A DNA stretch of 62,214 nucleotides, the filler included. It is 5 parts of 5 records of this genome, joined end to end, with 100 filler letters (N's around TTAATTAATTAA, not from the genome) between each part and the next. Parts side by side here need not be neighbours in the genome. Positions count along the whole stretch, not along the records: positions 38,322 to 53,853 come from SRR20825010_4278; positions 53,954 to 58,527 come from SRR20825010_4315; 3 more parts are not named here. One strand, 5' to 3'. Shown piece after piece: positions 48,472-56,904 of the stretch. Position numbers and translations under genes: made by a program. The notes under the pieces were generated by a model, which worked only from the letters and a program-made list of their open reading frames with translations, ran no database searches and was not told where the DNA came from. Position 1 is the first letter of the stretch. Each line of letters starts with the position of its first letter.

Positions 48472-48540
48472 TATAAATTTGTGTATTAGTGGCTTTTCAA
48501 TTTATGAATTACCAGATTAGAACTGATACTGCCTACTATA

Positions 48541-49101
48541 TTACTTCCGAATAATCTTAACAGTAGCATCATTTCCTATTTTTATAATAGAAGAAGGGCG
48601 ACTGTTAGTCTTTTCGCGGTGCAAATTTACCACATAGTCAACACCTTTTAAAATTTCCTTAGCTATTTCTGAAAAGCTTTTTGGTGTAGGCATACCACTT
48701 ATGTTGGCAGAAGTAGAAATAATAGGTCGCTTGAATTGCCTAATTAATTTCTGGCAAAACTCATCTGATGCTACACGAATGGCAAGTGTGTTGTCTTTAG
48801 GAATTAGATTTTTAGCAACATTAATTGGTCTATCATATATAATAGTGGTGGGTCTATCTGCTAATTCAACAATATCAAAAGCAGCATCAGGGATTTCATA
48901 AACATATTTTTGAAGCATTCTAATATCAGAAACTAGAGAAATTAACGCCTTACTATCGTCTCTTTTTTTTAATTCATATACTTTTTTGATAGCCTCTTCA
49001 TTGGTAGCATCGCAACCAATCCCCCAAACGGTATCGGTAGGGTAGAGTATAAGCCCACCTTTATTAAGGATTTCAAGGGTGTTTTGGATTTCGTTGTTCA
49101 T
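48541..49101 (-). CDS. tsaC: L-threonylcarbamoyladenylate synthase (Sua5/YrdC)
   Basis: YPTDTVWGIGC, KKR and STSANISG motifs. Confidence 0.93.
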   Translation of the reverse strand: MNNEIQNTLEILNKGGLILYPTDTVWGIGCDATNEEAIKKVYELKKRDDSKALISLVSDIRMLQKYVYEIPDAAFDIVELADRPTTIIYDRPINVAKNLIPKDNTLAIRVASDEFCQKLIRQFKRPIISTSANISGMPTPKSFSEIAKEILKGVDYVVNLHREKTNSRPSSIIKIGNDATVKIIRK

Positions 49102-49940
49102 TATTTGTATAAGCTTAACTTTCGTTTTATATCTTTATATGATGTTCTCCATTGGGAAGAAATTTCATTCTTTTTACTTTGAAATTTCCAGTCTGAAACA
49201 TCAATGATATTTTCTAAAATTTGATTTTGTATGGTTTTGTCTAAATGAAATTCATCGAATAATCTTTGAAGGTTTACTTTTCCATAGCCTACAAATTCAT
49301 TGACTTTATTTTCAAAATGTATTATAGACATCCAAACCCTTTTGTTTGGGACTCTAATTACTTGTTTCTCTTTTTTCCACCCTGAATGCGTTTTATGCCA
49401 AACACTCTTAGGGTTTTCATTTTTTTCGATTAGAGAAATAAAGGGATTAAAAGCTTGTTTTCTTTTCCCTAATTTTATATTCGGGCTTATTTGAAGTGTG
49501 TAACCATCCAGGAAATCAACCCCAGTATAAGTTTGCTTATTAAATGTTTTCTGAACTTCTTCAATATAATTTTTACTTATACTATCATCATTATCAATAC
49601 GAGAAGTAATAATATAATCTGACGTATTTTCATTAAGAATTTTTTGGATGGTAGGTAGAAATTTAGACATTCCATCTACATAAACAGGAGTGAAATTCTC
49701 AAAATCAAATTTATAACTTTCAATTTTTTTCTTGAAATTATTGGGAGTGTTTTTATCAAAAAAAACTAACCATTTAAAATTTTTATTGGTTTGAGATTTT
49801 ACAGAAGGAATGCAGAAGTTTTCAAAAAGGACAAATCTGTTTTCTAACCATTTTTTGGTAAGAACAGGACTGTTATTTTTTGAGATTTTCCAATCATCTT
49901 TTCTAAGATTAAAACGCGTTATTATAAAGTGATTAAACAT
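49101..49940 (-). CDS. Putative glycosyltransferase (rhamnosyltransferase-like)
   Basis: HFIITRFN, RFVLFENFCIPSV..QTNKNFKWLV and TSRIDNDD motifs. Confidence 0.8.
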   Translation of the reverse strand: MFNHFIITRFNLRKDDWKISKNNSPVLTKKWLENRFVLFENFCIPSVKSQTNKNFKWLVFFDKNTPNNFKKKIESYKFDFENFTPVYVDGMSKFLPTIQKILNENTSDYIITSRIDNDDSISKNYIEEVQKTFNKQTYTGVDFLDGYTLQISPNIKLGKRKQAFNPFISLIEKNENPKSVWHKTHSGWKKEKQVIRVPNKRVWMSIIHFENKVNEFVGYGKVNLQRLFDEFHLDKTIQNQILENIIDVSDWKFQSKKNEISSQWRTSYKDIKRKLSLYK

Positions 49941-49984
49941 AAAGTTATTTATATTTTATATATAAAGTAAAATAAAAGATTATG

Positions 49985-49992
49985 TACTTTTG
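49985..49992 (+). promoter_or_regulatory. -7 promoter element upstream of the GT2 gene
   Basis: TACTTTTG matches TAnnTTTG. Confidence 0.5.
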
Positions 49993-50048
49993 CTTTACTA
50001 TAAAGGTCAAATTTAAGTTTTTTTGTCATAGTATTTTAATTAAACAAA

Positions 50049-50870
50049 ATGAATACCAAATCAATCTCCATAATTATTAGTACCTATAATTCTGAGACTT
50101 GGCTCGAGAAAGTATTGTGGGGTTATCAAAATCAAAAGTTTAAAGATTTTGAAATGATTATTGCGGACGATGGCTCGGGGCCGAAAACAGAGGTACTCAT
50201 CCAAAAAATGCAAGTAGAAGTATTTTATCCAATAAACCATATTTGGCAAGAAGATAATGGATTTCAGAAGTCTAAAATACTAAACAAAGCTATTCTAGCT
50301 TGTAATACACCCTATATTGTAATGAGTGATGGTGATTGTATTCCAAGACCAGACTTTTTAGAAGTTCATAATACTTTAAAAGAAGAAGGTTATTTTTTAT
50401 CTGGTGGATATTTTAAACTACCAATGTCAACATCAAAACTTATAACTAAAGAGGATATTATATCGGGAAGATGTTTTGATATGAAGTGGTTAAAAAAAAA
50501 TGGAGTACCCAGTTCTTTTAAATTGAATAAACTTACACAAAGTAATTTTAAAGCCAGCTTTTTAAATTTTATAACTCCTACCAAAGCCACTTGGAATGGA
50601 AATAATTCTTCTGGATGGAAAAAAGACATCACCGCTGTGAATGGAATGGACGAGCGTATGCAATATGGGGGACAAGATTGTGAGCTTGGAGAAAGAATGA
50701 GTAATAATGGTATAAAATCTAAGCAAATACGTTATAGCACTACATGTATTCATTTGGATCATTCTAGAGGTTATAAAAATGAAGAAAGCATAGCTAAAAA
50801 TGACGCTATTAGAAAGAATACTAGGATGCATAATTGTATTTGGACTGATTTTGGGATAGAAAAAAAATAA
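50049..50870 (+). CDS. GT2 glycosyltransferase
   Basis: IIISTYN, ADDGS, DGDC and YGGQD motifs. Confidence 0.92.
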   Translation: MNTKSISIIISTYNSETWLEKVLWGYQNQKFKDFEMIIADDGSGPKTEVLIQKMQVEVFYPINHIWQEDNGFQKSKILNKAILACNTPYIVMSDGDCIPRPDFLEVHNTLKEEGYFLSGGYFKLPMSTSKLITKEDIISGRCFDMKWLKKNGVPSSFKLNKLTQSNFKASFLNFITPTKATWNGNNSSGWKKDITAVNGMDERMQYGGQDCELGERMSNNGIKSKQIRYSTTCIHLDHSRGYKNEESIAKNDAIRKNTRMHNCIWTDFGIEKK

Positions 50871-50910
50871 TTTGGTTGCCATTGAAGAATATAACTTTTT
50901 AATAAAGTTT

Positions 50911-50918
50911 TACCTTTG
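50911..50918 (+). promoter_or_regulatory. -7 promoter element upstream of the epimerase gene
   Basis: TACCTTTG matches TAnnTTTG. Confidence 0.5.
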
Positions 50919-50950
50919 CGATGGTAATTCTAAGAAGATAAAAAGAAAGA

Positions 50951-51892
50951 ATGAAAATATTAGTAACTGGAGCAGCTGGGTTTATTGGTTCTCACACAGC
51001 AGAATTTTTTGCAAATGAAGGACACCAAGTATATGGAATCGATAATTTTTCTTCGTATTACAATCCAGCATTGAAGAAATTAAATTTAGCAGATGTAGAG
51101 AAAGCTGGAGTTACTTTTATTGAAGCTGATATAATCAGCAATTTAAAAGAAAAGCTGCCTACAGACTTCGACTATGTTTTTCATTTTGCTGCACAGCCTG
51201 GTATTTCTGCTACAACAAGTTTGGAGGAGTATGTTCAGAATAATATTTTCGCGACACAAAATTTATTAGATTGGGTGAAAGAAACTTCTCCTAATCTCAA
51301 ACTGTTTGTAAACATAGCAACTTCTTCTATTTACGGAAAAGAGGCAACGCTACCAGAAACAGCCTTACCTAAGCCAGTTTCTTTTTATGGAACTACCAAA
51401 TTAGCAGCAGAACAATTGGCTTTAGGAGAGCAAAGAGCAGGGAAATTAAATGCCTGTTCTTTACGCTTATATTCGGTTTATGGACCTAGAGAACGTCCAG
51501 AGAAGTTGTATACAAAGTTGATAAAATCGATATACGATCAAACCGAATTTCCACTATTTGAGGGGAGCGAAAAGCATTCTCGGAGCTTTACGTATGTAGG
51601 CGATATTGTGAAAGGAATGGCGGCAGTAATAGGTAAGGAGCGTAAAATTAATGGAGAAATAATTAATATAGGCTCGGATGTGGAATATACTACACAACAG
51701 GGAATCGAATTGATAGAAAAAATTATAGGACTTAAAGCAAAAATAAAAATTACTCCGCCACGACCTGGCGACCAATTACGTACGACGGCTCTAATTGATA
51801 AAGCCAGAAAATTATTAAGTTATGAGCCAGAAACTTCTTTTGAAGTTGGACTGGAAAAACAAGTAGATTGGTATAGGGAGAAATTTTTATAA
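50951..51892 (+). CDS. NAD-dependent nucleotide-sugar epimerase/dehydratase
   Basis: TGAAGFIG, TSSIYG, YGTTK, VYGPRERP and RSFTYVGD motifs. Confidence 0.93.
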   Translation: MKILVTGAAGFIGSHTAEFFANEGHQVYGIDNFSSYYNPALKKLNLADVEKAGVTFIEADIISNLKEKLPTDFDYVFHFAAQPGISATTSLEEYVQNNIFATQNLLDWVKETSPNLKLFVNIATSSIYGKEATLPETALPKPVSFYGTTKLAAEQLALGEQRAGKLNACSLRLYSVYGPRERPEKLYTKLIKSIYDQTEFPLFEGSEKHSRSFTYVGDIVKGMAAVIGKERKINGEIINIGSDVEYTTQQGIELIEKIIGLKAKIKITPPRPGDQLRTTALIDKARKLLSYEPETSFEVGLEKQVDWYREKFL

Positions 51893-51896
51893 AATA

Positions 51897-52694
51897 TTAT
51901 TCGCTTTGCAATTTTTTAAGTTCTCTAAAACGTTCATAAACTCCTAATGCATTTAAATAACAAATAGTAACTCCTTTAGCACCATCTAGAATGCCAAGTC
52001 TAATAATATAATGATTAAAAAATTTCCAAGTAGGACGTAAATATTGCTGAAGGACATTCCATTTTTTTCCTTTTAAAAAAGACTCTTTGGCTTTTAATTG
52101 CCCGTATTTGAGCATTTTACCTTTATAGTCTTCATAGTTTTTATAAGAGTAATGAATTAATTTTTCTTTTAGAAACCCTTCAGTTCCATTAACTTTTAAG
52201 GTCTCATGAACAATCCTTTCATTTATAAATTCGCATGAATTCTTTTTAAATAAGCGGTAGACTTTATCGGTTTGCCAACCACTAAAATAGAGTCGCTTAT
52301 TTTTAAACATAAAGGTTCTGTAATTCCAATAAGCATCTTTAGCAGTTGGATTATTTATGGTGAGAATTATTTCCTTTTCGAGTTTTGGAGTTACACGTTC
52401 ATCAGCATCAAAAAAATAGACCCAGTTATATTGAGCACAACTTAAAGCATAGGATTTCTGCTTGGTAAAATTCTCAAAAGGATGTTGTATGGCAGTAATT
52501 TTAGGATGATTTTGAAGATATTCCCAAGTACCATCAGTACTAAAGGAATCGACTACAATAATTTCATCAGCAAAAAGAATACTTTCAATACAATCTTTAA
52601 TATAATCCACCTCATTATATGTAATAATTACTGCGGATAACTTTGCTTTTGTGCTCAAATTTCTATTTTTTGTAAAGGTATTGCCTTCCGTCAA
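51897..52694 (-). CDS. GT2 glycosyltransferase (WaaE/KdtX-like)
   Basis: SAVIITYNE, VDSFSTD, DADE, VHE and LGILDG motifs. Confidence 0.9.
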   Translation of the reverse strand: MTEGNTFTKNRNLSTKAKLSAVIITYNEVDYIKDCIESILFADEIIVVDSFSTDGTWEYLQNHPKITAIQHPFENFTKQKSYALSCAQYNWVYFFDADERVTPKLEKEIILTINNPTAKDAYWNYRTFMFKNKRLYFSGWQTDKVYRLFKKNSCEFINERIVHETLKVNGTEGFLKEKLIHYSYKNYEDYKGKMLKYGQLKAKESFLKGKKWNVLQQYLRPTWKFFNHYIIRLGILDGAKGVTICYLNALGVYERFRELKKLQSE

Positions 52695-52698
52695 AATA

Positions 52699-52749
52699 AA
52701 AAAATCCGAAAGACACTAGTGTCCATCGGATTTTACTCGATAATCGAGT
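52699..52749. terminator. Tandem hairpins downstream of dapD
   Basis: AAAATCCGA..GACACTAGTGTC..TCGGATTTT, followed by ACTCGATAATCGAGT. Confidence 0.55.
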
Positions 52750-52850
52750 TTTGAGTATTTTGGCGCTTGTATAGAAATACTATTTGTTTTTCCTTCTAAT
52801 ACTTTGGTAGGTTATACCAAGAAAACATTAACTATAATTTTTTTTTAGGA

Positions 52851-53666
52851 TTATACAGCAACATCATATTCACGAAGTGCATCGTTTAAAGATGTTTTCT
52901 TATTAGTACTTTCCTTACGTTTCCCTATAATTAAAGCACAAGGAACATTAAATTCTCCTGCAGGAAATTTTTTGGTATAACTTCCAGGAATAACCACCGA
53001 TCTGGCTGGCACATATCCTTTAATTTCTACAGGTTCGTCTCCGGTAACATCAATTATTTTGGTAGAACCTGTTAGTACTACATTAGCACCTAAAACAGCT
53101 TCTTTTTCAACGCGAATTCCTTCAACAACAATACATCTTGAACCAATAAATGCATTGTCTTCTATAATTACGGGAGCAGCTTGTAATGGCTCTAAAACTC
53201 CTCCAATTCCAACACCCCCGCTAAGGTGAACATTCTTACCTATTTGAGCGCAACTTCCTACAGTAGCCCATGTGTCTACCATAGTTCCTTCATCAACATA
53301 CGCACCTATATTTACATAACTAGGCATTAAAATAGTACCTGCCGAAATATAAGCTCCATGTCTGGCAACCGCAGCAGGAACAACGCGGATTCCTTTTTCA
53401 GCATAATTTCTTTTTAATGGAATTTTGTCATGGAATTCAAGTGGTCCAACTTCTAAAGTTTCCATTTTCTGGATTGGGAAGTATAAAACAACTGCTTTTT
53501 TAACCCATTCGTTTACTTGCCAGCCGTTTTCTGTAGGCTCAGCTACCCGAAGTTTACCTTCATCTAATAAAGAAACAACTTCTCTAATAGTATTTACAGT
53601 ATTTTCGTCTTTAAGTAATTCCCTGTTCTCCCAGGCATTCTCTATGATTGTACGTATCTCGTTCAT
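52851..53666 (-). CDS. dapD: Tetrahydrodipicolinate N-succinyltransferase
   Basis: WQVNEWVKKAV, MPSYVNIGAYVDEGTMVDTWATVGSCAQIG and GGVLEPLQA motifs. Confidence 0.97.
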   Translation of the reverse strand: MNEIRTIIENAWENRELLKDENTVNTIREVVSLLDEGKLRVAEPTENGWQVNEWVKKAVVLYFPIQKMETLEVGPLEFHDKIPLKRNYAEKGIRVVPAAVARHGAYISAGTILMPSYVNIGAYVDEGTMVDTWATVGSCAQIGKNVHLSGGVGIGGVLEPLQAAPVIIEDNAFIGSRCIVVEGIRVEKEAVLGANVVLTGSTKIIDVTGDEPVEIKGYVPARSVVIPGSYTKKFPAGEFNVPCALIIGKRKESTNKKTSLNDALREYDVAV

Positions 53667-53683
53667 CTAAATTAAAATTTTTA

Positions 53684-53691
53684 CAAATATA
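53684..53691 (-). promoter_or_regulatory. -7 promoter element for dapD
   Basis: TATATTTG on the minus strand. Confidence 0.5.
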
Positions 53692-53853
53692 AAACTGTTC
53701 AACTTATTTAACCTACTATTTTACAACTATAACATTTTATAACATTTTGTTTAAAATAATACAATAATTTAGAAGTTGGTTAATTTCTTATAAACGTTTT
53801 AAAAAGTTTACTTTTGTAAAAAGTATTATTGTTGTCCGATAAAAGTTAACGGA

Positions 53854-53953
53854 NNNNNNNNNNNNNNNNNNNNNNNNNNNNNNNNNNNNNNNNNNNNTTA
53901 ATTAATTAANNNNNNNNNNNNNNNNNNNNNNNNNNNNNNNNNNNNNNNNNNNN
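53854..53953. other. Artificial contig spacer
   Basis: N run plus TTAATTAATTAA; base composition switches from AT-rich to GC-rich. Confidence 0.99.
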
Positions 53954-54218
53954 CCTCGAAGGTATAGCCGTGATCGAGATGGGCCACGACCGGAACGGAC
54001 GCGTTTTCAGCCAGGTGCCGGAACATCTTGCCAAGGATCGGCAGCGGCGTGTGCGCCCGGCACGACGGGCCGGCCTGCAGGATCACCGGCAGGCCCTCGG
54101 CTTCGGCGGCGGCCACATAGGCGCGCATGTCCTCCCAGCCGAGCGTCACCAGGCCTGCCACCGCATAGCCGCCCCTGAGCGCCGGCTGCAGAACATCGGC
54201 GAGCGTGGCGATGCTCAT
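53954..54218 (-). CDS. Class II aldolase (IolJ-like), 3' truncated
   Basis: MSIATLADVL...PVILQAG...VPVVAHLDHG; ATGA overlap with the iolB stop. Confidence 0.85.
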
Positions 54219-55057
54219 TTGAACTTCGCCACCATGTCCTTGATGCCCGGAATCGTCTCGATCTGGTAGGCATGGGTGGGCTGGAAATACTGGATCAGCG
54301 AGCGCTGGCTCAACCCGCCCAGAATGGTGAAATAATACATCTCGTAGCCCGGCAGCACGCAGCACGGGTGGTAGCCCTTGTCGAGGCAGATCGTCGATCC
54401 GTCGACGATGTGGTAGGCGTCGCCCGGCTTGTTGTCCTCGCGCTGCAGCATCTGCACCCCGGAGCCATGATTGGGCCGGAAGCGGAAATTGTAGGTCTCA
54501 TCATGCCGGGTTTCGATCGGCAGCCGGTCGGTGTCGTGCTTGTGGCTCGGAAAACCCGACCAGCCGCCCTGCCCGACAGTGAACAGTTCGCTGACCAGCA
54601 GCCGGCCCACCTTGCCGTGGTGCTTCTGGCCGAGAATGTGCTTGATCTTGCGGTGCGTCTTAGTGTCGTCGGAACCGTACTGCACCAGGTCGAGCCCGTC
54701 GGCGCGCACGTCGAACGGCTCGAGCACCTTGTCGTACTTGGCGCCGGCGATGAAGGTCTCGGTCTGATCGGACACGCAGACAATCGTCACCTTCGCGCCG
54801 ACCGGCACATAGACGCCCTCGGGCTCTCCGTCCCAGACATCGACGCCGCGATTGCCGAGCCTGGCGAAGGAAACACCTTCGACACTGACATCGACCGTGC
54901 CGGTGGCGGGCACGATGCAGGTCTCGTAACCGGGCACCTGGTACTCGAACGCCTGGCCCTTCCTGAGCTTGACGATGTTGAAATAGTTCAGCGGAACACA
55001 GGCGTTCTCGACATCCACGATCGGCTTGTTCTGGTTGTCATAGGGCGCGATATGCAT
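54215..55057 (-). CDS. iolB: 5-deoxy-glucuronate isomerase
   Basis: GWSGFPSHKHD, HDETYNFR and KGYHP..LPGYEMYY motifs. Confidence 0.92.
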   Translation of the reverse strand: MHIAPYDNQNKPIVDVENACVPLNYFNIVKLRKGQAFEYQVPGYETCIVPATGTVDVSVEGVSFARLGNRGVDVWDGEPEGVYVPVGAKVTIVCVSDQTETFIAGAKYDKVLEPFDVRADGLDLVQYGSDDTKTHRKIKHILGQKHHGKVGRLLVSELFTVGQGGWSGFPSHKHDTDRLPIETRHDETYNFRFRPNHGSGVQMLQREDNKPGDAYHIVDGSTICLDKGYHPCCVLPGYEMYYFTILGGLSQRSLIQYFQPTHAYQIETIPGIKDMVAKFK

Positions 55058-55086
55058 GGTTCTGGTCCTTTCGAAGTCTCCGAGGC

Positions 55087-56067
55087 TCAGACATGGGTCG
55101 GGCCGGGATGGGATGTGAGGAAGGCCTCAAGTTGTTCAGTGTCGGGCATCGCCGGGGCGCAGCCGGGCCGGGAGACGACGATAGAGGCGCAGGCCGATCC
55201 GCGCAGCACGGCGTCACGAATGTCCCGGCCTTCCGACAGCGAGGCCAGCAGGCCCGCCATGAAACTGTCGCCCGCACCGGTCGGCTTGAATGCGGTGACC
55301 GGATAGATCCCGGTGCGGATTTCATCGCCGTCCGAAAACGTCACAGCCCCCTCGGGGCCCATCTTGTAGACCACGATTGCCGCACTGGACCCGGCCAGCT
55401 CGCGCGCCTTGGCGAGCCCCTTGTCGACGCCGCCGGCCATAAAGCCGAATTCCTCGTCATTGCCGACAATGACATCGGCAAGACTGCCCGCGCGCGACAA
55501 CACCTCTTCGGCGACCGCAGGCGAGGCCCACGAATAGGGCCGGTAATCGACGTCGAAGATGATCGGCAGCCCGGCCGCCCGCGCCAGTTCGAAGGCCCGG
55601 AATGCAGCCGAGCGCGACGGCTCGGCGGCAAACACCGTGCCCGCCGTGATCAACGCGCCGTAACGCGCGTAGTCCACCGCCTCGACATCGGCGAGGCTCA
55701 TCTGGAAGTCGGCCGCATTGTTGCGATAGATGACGCTCTGATGTTCCTCGATGCGGGTCTCGTAGACCGCCAGCGACGTCCGGTATTCGCCGGTGATCTT
55801 TTTCACGTGGCTGCTATCGACGCCGTAGTGATCGAGCTGGTTGAGACAATACCAGCCGACGGCATCGTCCGAGACCGAAGTCACCAGCGCCGCCTTGCAG
55901 CCGAACTTGACCAGGCCGGCGGCGATGTTGGCGCTCGATCCGCCCATCGCCACCATCATCGAACTTGCGTCCCGCGTGCGGGTGCCCGCGGGATCGGGCG
56001 ACAGATCCATCCCGACCCGGCCGATGACGAGAAAATTGCGGGCCTTGATGCCGTCGAGAACGCTCAT
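55087..56067 (-). CDS. iolC: 5-dehydro-2-deoxygluconokinase (PfkB family)
   Basis: IGRVGMDL, GGSSANIA, YRNNAAD, DVDYRPYSW and GAGDSF motifs. Confidence 0.9.
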   Translation of the reverse strand: MSVLDGIKARNFLVIGRVGMDLSPDPAGTRTRDASSMMVAMGGSSANIAAGLVKFGCKAALVTSVSDDAVGWYCLNQLDHYGVDSSHVKKITGEYRTSLAVYETRIEEHQSVIYRNNAADFQMSLADVEAVDYARYGALITAGTVFAAEPSRSAAFRAFELARAAGLPIIFDVDYRPYSWASPAVAEEVLSRAGSLADVIVGNDEEFGFMAGGVDKGLAKARELAGSSAAIVVYKMGPEGAVTFSDGDEIRTGIYPVTAFKPTGAGDSFMAGLLASLSEGRDIRDAVLRGSACASIVVSRPGCAPAMPDTEQLEAFLTSHPGPTHV

Positions 56068-56903
56068 GCCCGGCCTTCCGCATTGCCGGCGCGCGCCGCA
56101 TCGAGCACTTCCGGATAGGGATAATTAAGCCCCAGAAGCTGGCGCATGTCGGGGCTCGCCGCATCGAGGAATGACTGCGGCAGCGCCGCGGGCATATCCT
56201 CCATCGGCTTGACCCATTTGGGCAGGTACTGGATCAGGATGGCGCTGCGGTCGTGGTCCGACCGGTTGGGCATGGCGCAATGCCAGGTGACGCCGTAAAA
56301 CAACGCCACGTCGCCGGGTTGGCCCAGCATTCGCTCGCATCGCTCGTAGAAGCGATCCTCGGTCACCGGATAGCGCAGCTGCTTCTGGCTTCCAGGCACG
56401 TAAGCCGTGGCGCCGCTTTCCTCGGTGAACGGATCGAGGATCACCGAGACCTGGGCATTCATCGGAAACGAGCCGTTGAAGCCCACCGGATGGGTCTCGG
56501 GCTCGTGGAAATCCCAGTAGGGATAGTCGACATGCGGCTCCTGCCCCGGCCCGCCCGGCAGGATCCGGTTGGCGGCGATCGAGCCCATGATGAATTCGGT
56601 GCCGAGGAACTTGCGCAGGATGTCCATCAGCACCGGATGCGCCGCCATCCTCGAGAACACCTCACCCTTGGCGAGCAGGTTCCAGACCCGGCGCTGCAGG
56701 CTAATCCTGCCCTCCTGCTCTGCCGCGCCCTGGAAATGCGTGACCTTCTCACCCTCGTTCTCCGAATGCGCCATGACGATGGCGCGGGCTTCGGCAATAT
56801 CCTGAGGCGTGAACAGGCCGGAGATGGCGACGGCGCCGCCGCCATTGAGCAATTCCTCGATGATCGTGTCCGGATCGGCCGTGTGCGCGGTAAAGCGTTT
56901 CAT
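56064..56903 (-). CDS. PhyH-family Fe(II)/2-oxoglutarate dioxygenase
   Basis: RVWNL, PGQEPHVD (HxD), GAT..PGSQ, PGD, WH...NRSDHDR. The start MKRFTA sits 1 nt after the iolD stop and the stop overlaps the iolC ATG. Confidence 0.9.
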   Translation of the reverse strand: MKRFTAHTADPDTIIEELLNGGGAVAISGLFTPQDIAEARAIVMAHSENEGEKVTHFQGAAEQEGRISLQRRVWNLLAKGEVFSRMAAHPVLMDILRKFLGTEFIMGSIAANRILPGGPGQEPHVDYPYWDFHEPETHPVGFNGSFPMNAQVSVILDPFTEESGATAYVPGSQKQLRYPVTEDRFYERCERMLGQPGDVALFYGVTWHCAMPNRSDHDRSAILIQYLPKWVKPMEDMPAALPQSFLDAASPDMRQLLGLNYPYPEVLDAARAGNAEGRA

Positions 56904-56904
56904 C

